Positions 1 to 12,488 of a stretch of 64,000 nt of DNA are shown here, one piece after another (positions within the stretch are counted from its first letter, which is position 1; each line of letters begins with the position of its first letter). The position numbers were made by a program, and so were the translations under genes. Source of the DNA: the human T2T-CHM13v2.0 reference genome, Homo sapiens. The stretch lies in NCBI RefSeq assembly GCF_009914755.1, contig NC_060933.1. The stretch is one strand, 5' to 3'. The notes beneath the pieces are model-generated. The model had not been told where the DNA came from. It saw nothing but the letters and a program-made list of their open reading frames with translations, and made no database searches.

Positions 1-510
1 CGTTATCTGGAGGAAAAAAAATTCATGAAGCTGGCAAGTGGCAGAGTGAAGATTAACATCCAGGACTAAAAGATTTTACTTTCCTCTCTATCTCACTGAA
101 GCTCCAGAAATCTAGTTCATAACTTCCCTCTTCCTCTTTACCTTTTGCATAGTGATAATGCCATTGCACAACGATGAACCAACACGCAAATCTTCACTCT
201 AGTGTCTTTTGGACCAAGATTGTGGTGTGGAACACTAAGAATGGCTTTCTGGGAATTAGTTTAACTTCTTTCTACTCTCCCTAAGGAATGTTCTGCCTCC
301 CTTCCTTCCCATCTGTCTAAGCTCTTCTTATATTTCCTATTGAAAACATTTGGATCTCCTATTCCTCTCTACTCCCTTACTTGAATGACAAATCTTTGCC
401 AGGGCTTTTAGATAATTCAGTTGATGAATCAGAGCAGTGGCAGTATTTTACTTTTGACATAGTTTTAAGAATAAAATTAACTTTCTCCCCTACCCCCCTT
501 TTTCCCAAAA

Positions 511-2243
511 TTTTTTTAACTTTTATTTTAGATTTGAGGGTACATATGAAGGTTTGTTATATAAGTAAGCTCATGACATGGGGGTTTCATGTACAGATTA
601 TTTCATCACCCAGGTATTAAGCCTAGTGCCCAATAGTTATTTTTTTCTGCTCCTCTCCCTCTTCCCACCATCCACCCTGAATTAGAGCCTGGTGTCTGTC
701 ATTCCCTTTTTTATGTCCATGTATTCTCATTATTTAGTTCCCACTTTTAAGTGAGAACATGCAGTATTTGTTTTTCTTTCCTGCATTTGTTTTCTAAGGG
801 TAATAGCCTTCAGCTCCATCCATGTTCCATCAAAAGACATAATCTCATTTTTTAATGGCTACATAGTATTCCATGGTGTATATGTACCACATTTTCTTGA
901 TCCAATCTGTCATTGATGGGCATTTAGGTTGATTCCATGTCTTTCTTCTTGTAGATAGTGTTACAATGAACATTTGCATGCATGTGTCTTTATGGTAGAA
1001 TGATTTATATTCCTATGATGATATGCCCAGTAATGGAATTGCTGGGTCAAATGGAAGTTCTGCTTTTAGCAATTTGAGGAATCACCACACTGTCTTCCAC
1101 AATGGCTGAACTAATTTACACTCCCATCAAAAGTGTATGTGTTCCTTTTTCTCTGCAACATCACTAGCATCTGTTGTTTTTTTACTTTATAATAATGGCT
1201 ATCCTGTCTGATATGTGATGGTATCTCATTGTGGTTTTGATTTGCATTTTCCTAATGGTCAGTGATGTTGAGCTTTTTTCATATGCTTGTTGGCTGTATG
1301 TATGTCTTCTTTTGAAAAATGTCTGTTCATGTTCTTTGCCCACTTTTTAATGGGGCTGTTTATTTTTCTCTTGCAAATTTGTTTAAGTTCCTTATAGATG
1401 CTGAATATTAGGTCTTTGTCAGATGCTTAGTTTGCAAAAACTTTCTCCCATTCTGTAGCTTGTCTGTTTACTCTGTTGATAGTTTCTTTTGCTGTGCAGA
1501 GGCTCTTCAGTTTAACTAGATTGCATTTGTCAATTTTTGCTTTTGTTGTGATTGCTTTTGATGTCTTTGTCATGAAATCTTTGCCTGTTCCTATGTCCAG
1601 GATTGTATAGTCTAGGTTGTCTTCTAGGTTGTTTGTTTATAGTTTTGAGTTTTACATTTAAGGCTTTAACTCATCTTGAGTTGATTTTTGTATATGGCAT
1701 AAGTAAGAGATCCAGCTTCAATCTTTTGCATATGGCTAGCCAGTTATCCCAGCACCATTTATTGAATAGGAAGTCTTTTACCATTACATGTTTTTGTAAG
1801 CTTTGTCAAAGATCATATGATTGTAGGTGTATTGCCTTGTTTCTGGGCTCTCTATTCTGTTCTATTGGTCTACGTGCCTGTTTTTGTGCCAGTACCATGC
1901 TGTTTTGAATTCTGTAGCCCTGTAGTGTAGTTTGAAGTTGGGTGACGAGATGTCTTCGGCTTAATTCTTTTTGCTTAAGATTGCCTTCCTTATTTGGGGA
2001 TTTTGGTTCCATATTGATTTTAAAATATTTTTTTCTAGTTCTGTGAAGAATGTCATTGGTAGTTTGATAGGTATAGCATTGTACCTATAAATTGCTTTGG
2101 GCAGTATGGCATTTTAATGATATTGAGTCTTTCCATGAGCATGGGATGTTTTTCCATTTGTTGGTATCTTCTCTCATTTCTTTGAGCAGTGTTTTGTAAT
2201 TTTTATTGTAGAGATCTTTCACCTCCCTGGTTAGCTGTATTCT
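511..2243 (-). mobile_element. LINE-1, 5'-truncated (old L1PA13-17/L1PB-type), 3'UTR plus ORF2 3' part
   Basis: T-rich start followed by the antisense L1 3' end (gggtacatatgaaggtttgttat...atttcatcacccaggtattaagcctagt). The degenerate ORF 1806..2012(-) resembles L1 ORF2. Confidence 0.92.
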
Positions 2244-2359
2244 TTACTGGGTGTCTACTCTAGGCCAGGATATTGGGCAGGTACATGAAAAAAAAGAAAA
2301 AAGGAACTAGCTTATAGTGAGTGGCTGCAATAATATCAGTATTATGAAAATGTGACCTC

Positions 2360-2490
2360 TCTTTTTCACAGCTCTATATAATTGGTACTGCTATTTCTCA
2401 GAGACAGAGGTAGAGATTGATTTTCAAAGATTCAGTAACTTGTTTAAACTCACAAAGCTAATAAAGGAGCTACAGTTTCAACCAGGTGGG
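2360..2490 (-). mobile_element. MIR fragment
   Basis: ttcagtaacttgtttaaactcacaaagctaataaagg resembles the antisense MIR core. Confidence 0.55.
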
Positions 2491-2959
2491 AGTAACTCTA
2501 AAATATTAAATATGTTCTTCTCACTAACTCCACCCTGCTGCCTCCAGAAAATGAAGAAATCAGTGCCACTTTCAAGTATTTTAAGGACTAGTGGTAAAGT
2601 GAGTCTCACATGTGAGTAATCACTGTTCACTGTTGTAAAATACTGGCCAAAGGTAATTATTAATGGTACAGATGTTGAAGTCAAAGGAATTAGAGCACTC
2701 ATCCTGGCTCTGCCACCCTTGGTGACAGGACCTTAAGCATGTGCTAAATGTATCTAACACATTTATTAGGTAAACTAAATGAGAAAAGTTATATACCATG
2801 TTTAGGAACAATCCTTACATGTTAAGCATTTAATAAATGAAAGCTAGTTATTAATACTAACATTAATGGCTCATAAAAGGTGAACATGAAGTACAAGAGA
2901 AACCAAGAACCCAGAGCCACTGACTTTCCCTGGGAAACTGCATGGAAGGCTTGATAAAG

Positions 2960-3205
2960 AAGACCACAATTTGAATTAGATATGACTGAAGAAGATTGGC
3001 GTAGAAAGGGACTGCCAGGGAAAATGTAGAGGGCATGAACGGTCCGGACAGCCAGGTAGGGCTGGAGTGTGTTCAACTCCCTCAGGCCTTAAACGTCTTG
3101 CAGAAGCCTTTGAACTTTGTTGTATAAGCCACAGGAAACCCTTAGACATCTTTAATCGAGAGAGTAATGTGATATTGTTGGTTTTAACATCACTGTGACT
3201 ACCAT
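2960..3205 (-). mobile_element. L2 fragment
   Basis: tttgaactttgttgtataagccacaggaaacccttagac...agtaatgtgat resembles the antisense L2 body. Confidence 0.5.
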
Positions 3206-3799
3206 GTGATGTGTCGTCTAGAAGACCGAAGAATCTGCTCTCACATTCTTCATTCCTGCTGCATAGACACCCTCTTGGGTCCTGGATGTCTCAGTCTGTG
3301 AAATCACATTCAGGGGGTATGGGTGTGGGATGGGGAGAGACAGAGAGAGAAAGCAAAACAACCAGAGGGGGGAAGGCAGGTCCCAGGAGACCCAACAGAG
3401 ATGTCCTCACGTTGTTCTAGCATGAATAAAATGAGAAAAACAAGGAGCACATTACAAACAAGAACATGTGTATGCATTTATTAACATTTCCAACGTGGAT
3501 TTAATTTTCGGTGCGCATCTCGCCTACACAGAGCCCAGTGTGTTTCAGCTAACCTCTCGTTAAGTTGCGTGCAAGCCATCTTTTTAACGTGTCCTCTAGG
3601 AAAATCTTCAAAGAGATTCTGTAATCTTGCTTCTAAATGGCTTTCAAAATGCTGTTTATATTCATTCTTTTACCAGCGTCCAGCTCTCACTCTTCATTCA
3701 TCACGCCCCACTCCCTGTCAACACACACATGCACACTCTCTACTATTTGAACCTTTACCTTTTAGAGCAAAGAGTGGCTTTCCATTTTGGCAGGCACCT

Positions 3800-4060
3800 T
3801 GGTAGAGTTGAAGCAAAGTATATGAGCTTTGGGATCAGACAGACCTGGCTCTGCCACTAACTGGCTGTTTTGTCTAGGACACTTATTGTCACCTTTACAA
3901 GGCAAGAGATCACCGTTTGTAAAATTTGGACAGTAATAGAAACTGCCTCTGTGTTATTGCAGTTTAAATGAGATGGTGTCTACAAAGCTTTTAGCACACC
4001 GCAAGGCACATATGAAACACACTAAATTGTATGGCTATTCTCAATTCTTTCATATTATTA
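3800..4060 (+). mobile_element. MIR SINE
   Basis: gctttgggatcagacagacctggctctgccactaactggctg...ttaaatgagatgg...ttagcaca matches MIR. Confidence 0.75.
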
Positions 4061-4209
4061 TTATCATCCTCTAGAAATGAGTTCATATGGTGTTTTTCTA
4101 TCAGTTATTAACTACATTTCTTAATGTGTGTTAAGTTTTATCATTTGTAAACAGTATTAATATGTAAACATTTATCTTGCAATGTTGTATTAGGACAAAA
4201 TTACGTGAG

Positions 4210-4455
4210 CTAATACTTATTGAGTCTTTTTTATATGCCCAGCACGAATTCTAAGCAATTTATGTGGTTTATTTATTTTAATACTCTTAACTATTAATGA
4301 AGTAGGCATAATTAGTGCCCTTATTTTATAAATGGGAAGAGTTAGGTACAAACAGGTTAAATAATTTGACAAGACCACAGAGCTAATAAGTGGTATTAAC
4401 ATTCAAACCTATGTACTGAAGCTCTGGAGCCTATTTCAATCTCCCTACTCCACTT
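4210..4455 (-). mobile_element. MIR SINE
   Basis: aatacttattgag...ttattttataaatgggaaga...ggttaaataatttgacaagaccacagagcta matches antisense MIR. Confidence 0.75.
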
Positions 4456-5487
4456 GCCCCATGAAATAGCAGAACTGCAAGCATCTGGCATGGTTCACTA
4501 GGCTTAGCTGATTTGTAATGTTAATTTCATTCACCAGATCCCTCCCTGACACGGGAAACAAATATGGCCTCTGCAGTCTGAGAAGAGCAAGGGGAGGATA
4601 AAAGTCAGGTTAGCATGACAATGCAAGATGTGAATAAAGTGACTATATGTCATCATGAGAGAACCAACTTTGAGCCCATTGGTGTACATGGCTTGGGATA
4701 AAGGAATAAGCAAGAGAAGTAAATGATCTGCCCTCAAGAGAAGTTGGGGAAGTAAATGCTCCCTGCCCTCAAAGAACTTTATATCTACTAAAGGAAGTGG
4801 CATGTGTGTCATTCCCAATGACCCAATGCATATTTACAAATGAACCTTATGAGGTACTATAGATTTAGGAGAAAAGATATTCATTTCCACACTGTAGCAA
4901 AAAATGTGATGATCACAGGGCATTTTTTTTTAAAAAAGGAATAATATAAGCTCTACTAGAAAATAAAGTAGGATATATTCTATAATACTCCCCATTCCTA
5001 GTCCATTCCCCACTTGAAAATGAATAAAAATGTTGTGAGGAGATAGACTTAGGATAAATGTGTACATTTACCCTTTACATAGGTGAAAGAAAATCCCTGC
5101 AATGCATCCCAGAAGATTGTGGAAACAGCATATCTAAATGCACAGTAGCCTACATAATGCATTTACATAGATGATAAAAAACCATATGGGTGTTGAGCCA
5201 ACTCTTCAATCGACCTGACAACTGTCCCTTAAATCAGTTTGTGAATAAAAACATCTGCCCAAAGGAGTAATAGACCAAATGTAGAAAGATAAATCAGGTG
5301 TGTTGTATTTTACCAGGTTTTCCATGAGGATCAAGTACGATCACCTGGATAACAGAAACCTAGCAATAGCATATATTAAAGGGATTGTTATGGCTTCTAC
5401 TATTGTTAACCTTACTCAATCCAAGGTTCAGTACCTTTAGTAACAGTCAAGAACCAAGACATAAACACAAATAGACCTGAAGGATTT

Positions 5488-5815
5488 CTGTCTGTGTTTG
5501 TTTGATATAGGGTGTTGTTGTCTAGGCTGGAGTGCAGTGGAGCAATCAAGGCTCACTGCAGCCTCGACCTCCTGGGCTCAAGCCATCGTCCCTCAGCTAC
5601 TCCTAGGAAGCTGTGTGTGTGTGCGCGTGTGTGTGTGTGTGTGACTACAGGTGTGCACCACTGTGCCTGGCTAATTAAAAAAAAAATTAATGTTTTGTAG
5701 AGATAAGGTCTTACTATGTTTCCCAGACCGGTCTCAAATTCCTGGACTAAAGTGATTCTCCCACCTCAGCCTCCCAAAGTGCTGGGATTACAGGTATGAG
5801 CCACCACTCTCAACC
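5488..5815 (-). mobile_element. AluJ containing an internal (TG)n microsatellite
   Basis: Both Alu arms are present in antisense. Imperfect TSD ctgaaggattt (5477-5487) / ctgaaggaattt (5816-5827). Confidence 0.92.
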
Positions 5816-6163
5816 CTGAAGGAATTTTTGATATCGTAAGCAGCTTGTTTTTAATGGTGTTCTTGTGGCCCATTCCTGGTCACACAATTTCCTGAGAACC
5901 AAGAGGACGGGGAGAAGCACACAACAAAGTCAAGCCACACATTTAGCACAAAAACAAGGATGCCATCTTGGAACAATATTTCTCAGTCTTCCTGAAACCC
6001 ATATTACCCTTTGGATAGACATAAAAATTTCATAATCTTGGTTAATAGCACTTCAAATGTCAAAGTAAATACTTTCACAGGAAAAAATTAAAGGAACAAA
6101 AAAATTTAACAAAGAGACAACAAATCATAAAAATGGCAATTTTTTATCCTTTTTTTCAAACTA

Positions 6164-6190
6164 TCTCTCTCTCTCTGACACACACACACG

Positions 6191-6224
<34 letters not shown>
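6164..6224. repeat. (CT)n-(CA)n compound microsatellite
   Basis: Directly visible. Confidence 0.95.
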
Positions 6225-6228
<4 letters not shown>

Positions 6229-6724
6229 TTTTCCTCAGGTTCTCTGGGGAATGTCTCCTTTCCCTCCTGGCTCTGACAGATGAAAAGTGACTATAGAATA
6301 TTTGGCAACTAGGATGGACACTGAGGCAAACAAAACCAATAGGCAAAAAACATAGAAAACAGGTAAATTTTAGTCCACTCAATACAGGAATATACACCTT
6401 TCTACAAACTGGTGGATCCTGAGGTTTTCACTGCATCACAGCAAGAGCAATTGTCAGTTTTCATAACCATGACTCTGAGGTGCTAAGATAAGGTACCGTT
6501 ATGTCCCAAACCTTCTGCTTAAGAAAGTAGTTACAGTCGTAGTGACAGGGGCTTGATTAGATCTCAGATCTCTGGAGTTCCAAGTGCTTCCCATAATCTC
6601 TCAGCTACCTGGAAAATTTATTACTATTCCGTTATATATCTTGAGTCATAATTTTCTAATTTATATTTTTCTTTGCACATTTTTCCCCAGGCTTGTGTGT
6701 ATGTGTGTGTGTGTGTGCGCCCTT

Positions 6725-7000
6725 GAATTAAAGCCATGATTTTGGTGTTTGAATCCTGGGTCTATCACTTGTTGCTGGGTAAATTTGTGTTTAAGTCACT
6801 TAACTGTTCCAGAATACACTTTCTTATTTATGAAAATTTACACTTAGAAGGTGTGTGACTTTGGACAAGTTACTTACCCTGTTTCTTCCTCATTATTCTC
6901 ATCTGTGATCTAAGCATTACAATGCCCATCATGGAGTTACTTTGATAATTCAGTTAAAGAATGTAAAGGGAACCTGATTTCTCAATAAATGTTTGACATC
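6725..7000 (+). mobile_element. Two adjacent MIR fragments
   Basis: tttgaatcctgggtctatcactt and gtgtgactttggacaagttactt MIR core motifs. Confidence 0.6.
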
Positions 7001-7197
7001 TTTGATTATAAATTATCAATATGGTAATTAATGCAAATAATATCATTACTGCTAATAAGGCATCATTTTATTTACTTGTAAACTTATTGAGGGTAGCAGC
7101 TAAATCTTGATATTTTGTGTCCACCAGATGATATATAAACGTAACAAAATAAAATAAAAAGAGTACATAATGTGCAGTAGATTAAAACAAGCAAGCA

Positions 7198-7504
7198 GTC
7201 CTGAGTAGTGGCTCACACTTGTAATCCCAGCACTTTGGGAGGCTGAGGTAGGAGGATCACTTGAACCCAGAGTTTGAGACCAGCCTGGCCATCATAGCTA
7301 GACTCTCTCTCTCTCTACAGAACATTTAAAAAATTAGCTGCATGTGGTAATGCACACCTGTAGTCCCAGCTACTTGGGAGGCTGAGATGGGAGGACTTCT
7401 TGGGTCTGAGATGTCAAGTCTGCAGTGAGCTGGGATCACACCATTGCCCCTCAACCTAGGCAACAGAGGAGGACCCTGTCAACAACAACAACAACAAAAA
7501 ACAA
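7198..7504 (+). mobile_element. AluJ with (CAA)n tail
   Basis: gtggctcacacttgtaatcccagcactttgggaggctgagg... dimer, diverged, with tail aacaacaacaacaacaaaaa. Confidence 0.92.
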
Positions 7505-7884
7505 TATTTGGTGGAAGTTGTATATGTAATTCCATCACAATGTCATTACAATAAAGGGAAATAAGCTGTGCAGCTTTCTGCTGCCTATGTACCAAGCTAA
7601 TGCCTCTAGGCTTAGCCCAAGAAATCTTTTCAGGCTGTGTGACCCAGGAGAACCTTTGGGAACTCAGGAACCTTGGCAGAAACTACTAAGAGTTAGGAAA
7701 GGAGATGGGGGCAGGTAAGGGAGGATCTTCCCAACTCTTTCTTTGCTCAAAGAATCTCCTAGCTAAAAGTAACCCAAGCACTGGGAAGATTAGGCTAAAC
7801 CATCCTATAAACAGTAAATTAGCCAAAGAGAACAGGGAACTAAGATTCTGCCAAACATAAAATTAGTACACTAGGGGCCAATGT

Positions 7885-8174
7885 TTGTTGTTTCTTTGTT
7901 TCGAGGAAGAGTCTTGCCCTGTTAGCCAGGGTAGAGTGTGGTGGCACCATCTCGGCTCACTGAAGCCTCCTGGGCTCAAGTGATCCTCTCTCCTGGGCTC
8001 AGGCAATCCTCCCACCTCACTCTCCCAAGTAGCTCAGACTACAGGCACATGCCAACATGCTTGGAGAATTTTTTTTTTTAATTTTTTGTACAGGTGAGGT
8101 CTCAGTATATCTCCCAGACTGGTCTTGAACCTTAAGCGATCCTCTCACCTCCACCTGAAATCCCAAAGTGCTGG
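7885..8174 (-). mobile_element. AluJ with internal ~23-bp duplication and truncated 5' end
   Basis: Antisense Alu ending at cccaaagtgctgg. The segment ctcctgggctca... occurs twice (7967, 7990). Confidence 0.88.
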
Positions 8175-8258
8175 TGTTCAAAGTGTTCAAACCAGCACAG
8201 TGTTTACTGGTTTCATATTTTGCAATTTTAACAACTGCTTAAAGAAATAAATTATATA

Positions 8259-8576
<318 letters not shown>

Positions 8577-8879
8577 TCAGAGAATTAGAAAAATCAGAAA
8601 ACTACGACTCATTTGTATATAATCTTAACAGAACATAGATTTCATTAATAAGAATTATACTGTATATTATTAGCATAGATTTTTACAAACTTTTCATTTT
8701 TATTTTATACACTCAGCCTTTGATTCATGTAAAATTATGGATTTCTTGCTCTGCATCAGTCATGCCTGCTGTGTCCAGCATCAGGAACTTAGCACAATCT
8801 AATCCCTCAGCTTTGAATGCTTCTCTTTTGACTTGTCACATGACACATTCCCTTACTTTCTTTATCCTTCTACTGAAAC

Positions 8880-9030
8880 AGTCACCTTGTCAGAGGCCTT
8901 CTCAGGTTGTAAGATAAGCTCTGTGAGTTCAGGGCCTTTGTTTCATTTGTATCATATTTCTAGAATCTAGTACAGTATCTAGCACATTGTATGTGCCCAG
9001 TAATATTTGCTTAACACATGCAATGTTGAG
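8880..9030 (+). mobile_element. L2 3' end
   Basis: taagctctgtgagttcagggcc...tctagtacagtatctagcacattgtatgtgcccagtaatatttg. Confidence 0.7.
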
Positions 9031-10699
9031 TAAGAAATTATTTTTTTCCCATTCAGAAGTCAAGGGAAATGATATAAGTGAGGTGACAGGGCTTGCTTAT
9101 GGCTAAAAAATAGCAGAATAGGACATCATGTCAATTCTCCTAATTTCTAACCACATGCTGTCTCCCACTTAGCTCGGTTCTGCCTCTGATGTAACTGGCT
9201 GTGTGCACAGAGCCAGCACGGCTCTGCATAGAGCTGTAGCAATGCAACATGCTCAGTAAATGGATCTGAGTCCTGGTACTTAAGGGAAAAAAAAAGTGCA
9301 CCGTTGTACAATTGACCTCCTATTTATCTTTTTGAGGGCCCCATTTTGGGAAATGCTAACGGGAAGAAAATAAATAGCTCCAAAGCAGCCGCAGGAACTA
9401 TAAACCCTATCTTTGTTCCAAAGAGTGGCCCTTGCCCCACTTAGCCTATAGAATCATGTGTTGAGGACTTAGCCCAAGCTCTGCCCCATGATCTTGAGCC
9501 GGGTGCATCCTCTCCAGAACTCATTAGTGCACATCTGTAATATGTCTCAGTTGGGCCAGATAATCTCTAAGCCCCATTAAACTTTAATACCTTAAGCTCT
9601 GAGTAGGCTTGTTGCCCTCTTCCCCACTAAGGAGACATGTCTCTGGGGATGGAGAGGGGACACATTGGGTACCACTAGTGTGAGATGAGCAGTAAATCCA
9701 GGGTCCTGACTTGGCTCTTGGATTGGTGGAAGAGAAAGCATGCAAAAATAAAACACTGTTGCCAAGTTTTTTTAAAAAATAAAAAGAAACACATTTTAAA
9801 GAACAAAATCTGTTACCTTTCTCTCATAAAAGCAACACCAGGCCTGGAGATAATGTGAGCAAAAATAAATATGTGGGAAAGTTTTTTTGCTGCTGCTTCT
9901 AGCAGTTTTCTGATCTCTTTCTCACTTCACACTGACTGTCAAATGGTCTATCAAGAGGTTAGTTTGTAATTAAACTCAGCTCTAATTGCTGGAACAAGTT
10001 ACTAATTGTGTTCTTAAATCCTTTTATTCTATACCCCAGAAACCAGTGCTTTCTAGCCTTTAAATGCTAGTGGTTTGAGAGAATCACATAAGTACAGCTT
10101 TTAGCAGAAATTTTGTTCATTTGAAGCTTTTACCCAGAGCATCAATCAAGAAAACTTAAAAACATGAAACCAATTGGTGAAGGGAATAATCCTCCCTCCA
10201 CAACAATAAGAAAAAATAAATTGAGAAATGTTCTGTCTTCTCTCTTCTGAATTGTAGATAGAACCATGTTTAATGGTTGGTTTATATATTAAGACCCACA
10301 TTCAGGTATCTATCCATTTTGAACAGAGGTTTGTATCTTTAAAGGGTCAGTTGGGTGCTTTTGAGAGGTGGAAAATCTTTTCAAACCATTCAAATCCATT
10401 TATTGAGTCACCACACTTTGAAAAAGGAATGTAAGTAATGCAAGTGTCAGTTTAATTTGAATTTGGGTTCTGCAGGGTAAACAAAGTAGTTAGTTAATCT
10501 GGAAGAGTAGAACTTGGAAGAAAAGCAGAGAAAATACACCAGTTCAGACTTGGTAAGTGTTTGTTTGGTGCATGTAATGCTGGTGGTGGCTGGTGGCTCA
10601 AAACATTTTAAATGTCTTTCTATATTTGGAAAATGTGGAGAGTATTTTCGGTTTTGTCTTCAGGCTGAAACTCCCCAGTTAGCCTGTGTAAGTCTTTGA

Positions 10700-11106
10700 G
10701 TTTGGTGGCAATGACCCCATCTTCAGGCTCTACCCCTTGCGCCTGGCCACAGTAATATGGTCACTGGACCCAGGATGAACCCATGACATCCTCATTCTAG
10801 CCAATGAAGGCAAGTGAGAATGAGGTCCAGATCTTCATTTGTGTTAGCAGAGAAGTCCATGTTTTCTCTTCTGCTGAATTTGAACATGGACGCAAGCAGC
10901 CCAAGGGAGCAACTATCTATTGTATTTGGTTCCCCCAAAAATCGTGTGAAATCTTTTCTAATTTTAGAAGATTTATTTTAGAGTTAGCCACTTTTGCTTA
11001 TAACTAAAAATCCTGACTAATAAAATCTGGAGCAGTTGGAGCAATCTGGTTTCCACTAGAGAAGCCAGACATAGGACAAAGCTGATATCACTATCCAGGA
11101 GACTGA

Positions 11107-11149
<43 letters not shown>

Positions 11150-11260
11150 TAGATTTTGGTGACATCATCAAGTTGCTTCATCAAAACTTACCTACAAATC
11201 TAAAAATATATTTCTAGCTTTTCCTTAAGCTATATCAATAAACTCCCTTTTATTGGTTCC
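10700..11260 (+). mobile_element. Old MLT1 (K/L-like) MaLR LTR fragments with (GA)n at 11112-11149
   Basis: ctggccacagtaat...catgac...gccaatga, the end-like ttataactaaaaatcctgactaata, and tcaataaactcccttt. Confidence 0.5.
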
Positions 11261-11367
11261 AAGAACATTTTCTGAATATTAATCATGTGGCAGACAATGA
11301 TCAAGGACCAGGTGTGGCATTAAACAAGAAGTCCCCCCGACCCAAGGTGAGGAGAGAGTAAAATAAA

Positions 11368-11952
11368 TCGTCATGAGCAGCATAACAACGTTTCAGTCAA
11401 CTACACAATGGTGGTCCCATAGGACTATAATGGAGCTAAAAAAAATTCCTCTGGCCTAGTGTGTAGCCATACCCACATTATAGTGCAATTACTTAATTTT
11501 TAAATAAACTTAGTGCAACCTAAGTGAACAGCATGTATAAAGTCTGCAGTAGTGTACAGCAATGTCCTAGGCCTTCATATTCACTCAGAACTTAATAATT
11601 TATTCTTGCAGAGCAACTCCCAGTCCTGCAGGTTCCATTTGTGATAAATGTCCCATATACTGTATCATTTTTTATCCTTTATGCCATATTTCTACAGCAT
11701 TCTTTCTATGTTTACAGATGTTTAGATATACAAATATCATTGTGTTACAACTGCCTACGGTATTCAGTATCATAACATGCTGTACAGGTTAGTGGCCTAG
11801 GGAACAATAGGCTGTACCATATAGCCTAAGTGTGTAGTAGGCCGTACCATGTTGGTTTGTGAAAGTAAGCTCTATGATGTTCCTACAATGACAAAATTGT
11901 CTAGTGATGCATTTCTCAGGACATATCCAGGTTGTTAAGTGACACATGACTG
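11368..11952. mobile_element. Tigger3 (Golem/MER7-type) non-autonomous DNA transposon
   Basis: TIR-like ends gtcatgagcagcataacaac / gttgttaagtgacacatgactg followed by TA. Internal ggtggtcccataggactataatggagct is diagnostic. Confidence 0.88.
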
Positions 11953-11996
11953 TAAGTAAACAAGAAAGTAGACAGAAAGATAAAATTAAAACAGAG

Positions 11997-12488
11997 TATG
12001 TGCGTTTACTAGGGCTGCCATAACTAAGGACCCCCAAGTAGGTATCTTAAACAACAGGCATTTATTGCCTCACAGTTCTGAAGGATAGAAGGCCGAGTTC
12101 AAGGTGTCAGGAGACTTGCTTCCTTCTGAGCGCTGTGAGGGAGAATCTATTTCGTGCCTCTCTCCTAGATGCTGGTGGTTTGCTGGCAATCTTCGGCACT
12201 CCTTGGCTTGTAAATTCATCACCACAGTTTTTGCCTTCATGACAGTCTTCTCTTTGTCTTCACATTGTCTTCCCTCTGTGTGTATGTGTCTTTGGGTCCA
12301 ACTTCCCCTTTAAAAAGAAAACATCATATTGAATTAGGGCCCACTCTAATGAGCTCATTTTAACTTAACTAATTACATCTTCAAAAATATTATTTCCAAA
12401 TAAGATCATATTTGGAGGCCCTGAAGGTTCCAACTTCAACATATTTTGGGGTAGAGGATGGGAAAGTAATATAATTCTATCCATAACA
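11997..12488 (-). mobile_element. MLT1C-like MaLR solo LTR
   Basis: agggctgccataac...cttaaacaacaggcatttattgcctcacagttctg...tatttccaaataagatcata...ccataaca. Confidence 0.85.

Noticed and set aside
1603-2012. ORFs of 101 and 68 aa
   Set aside because: Antisense and sense translations of a decayed L1.
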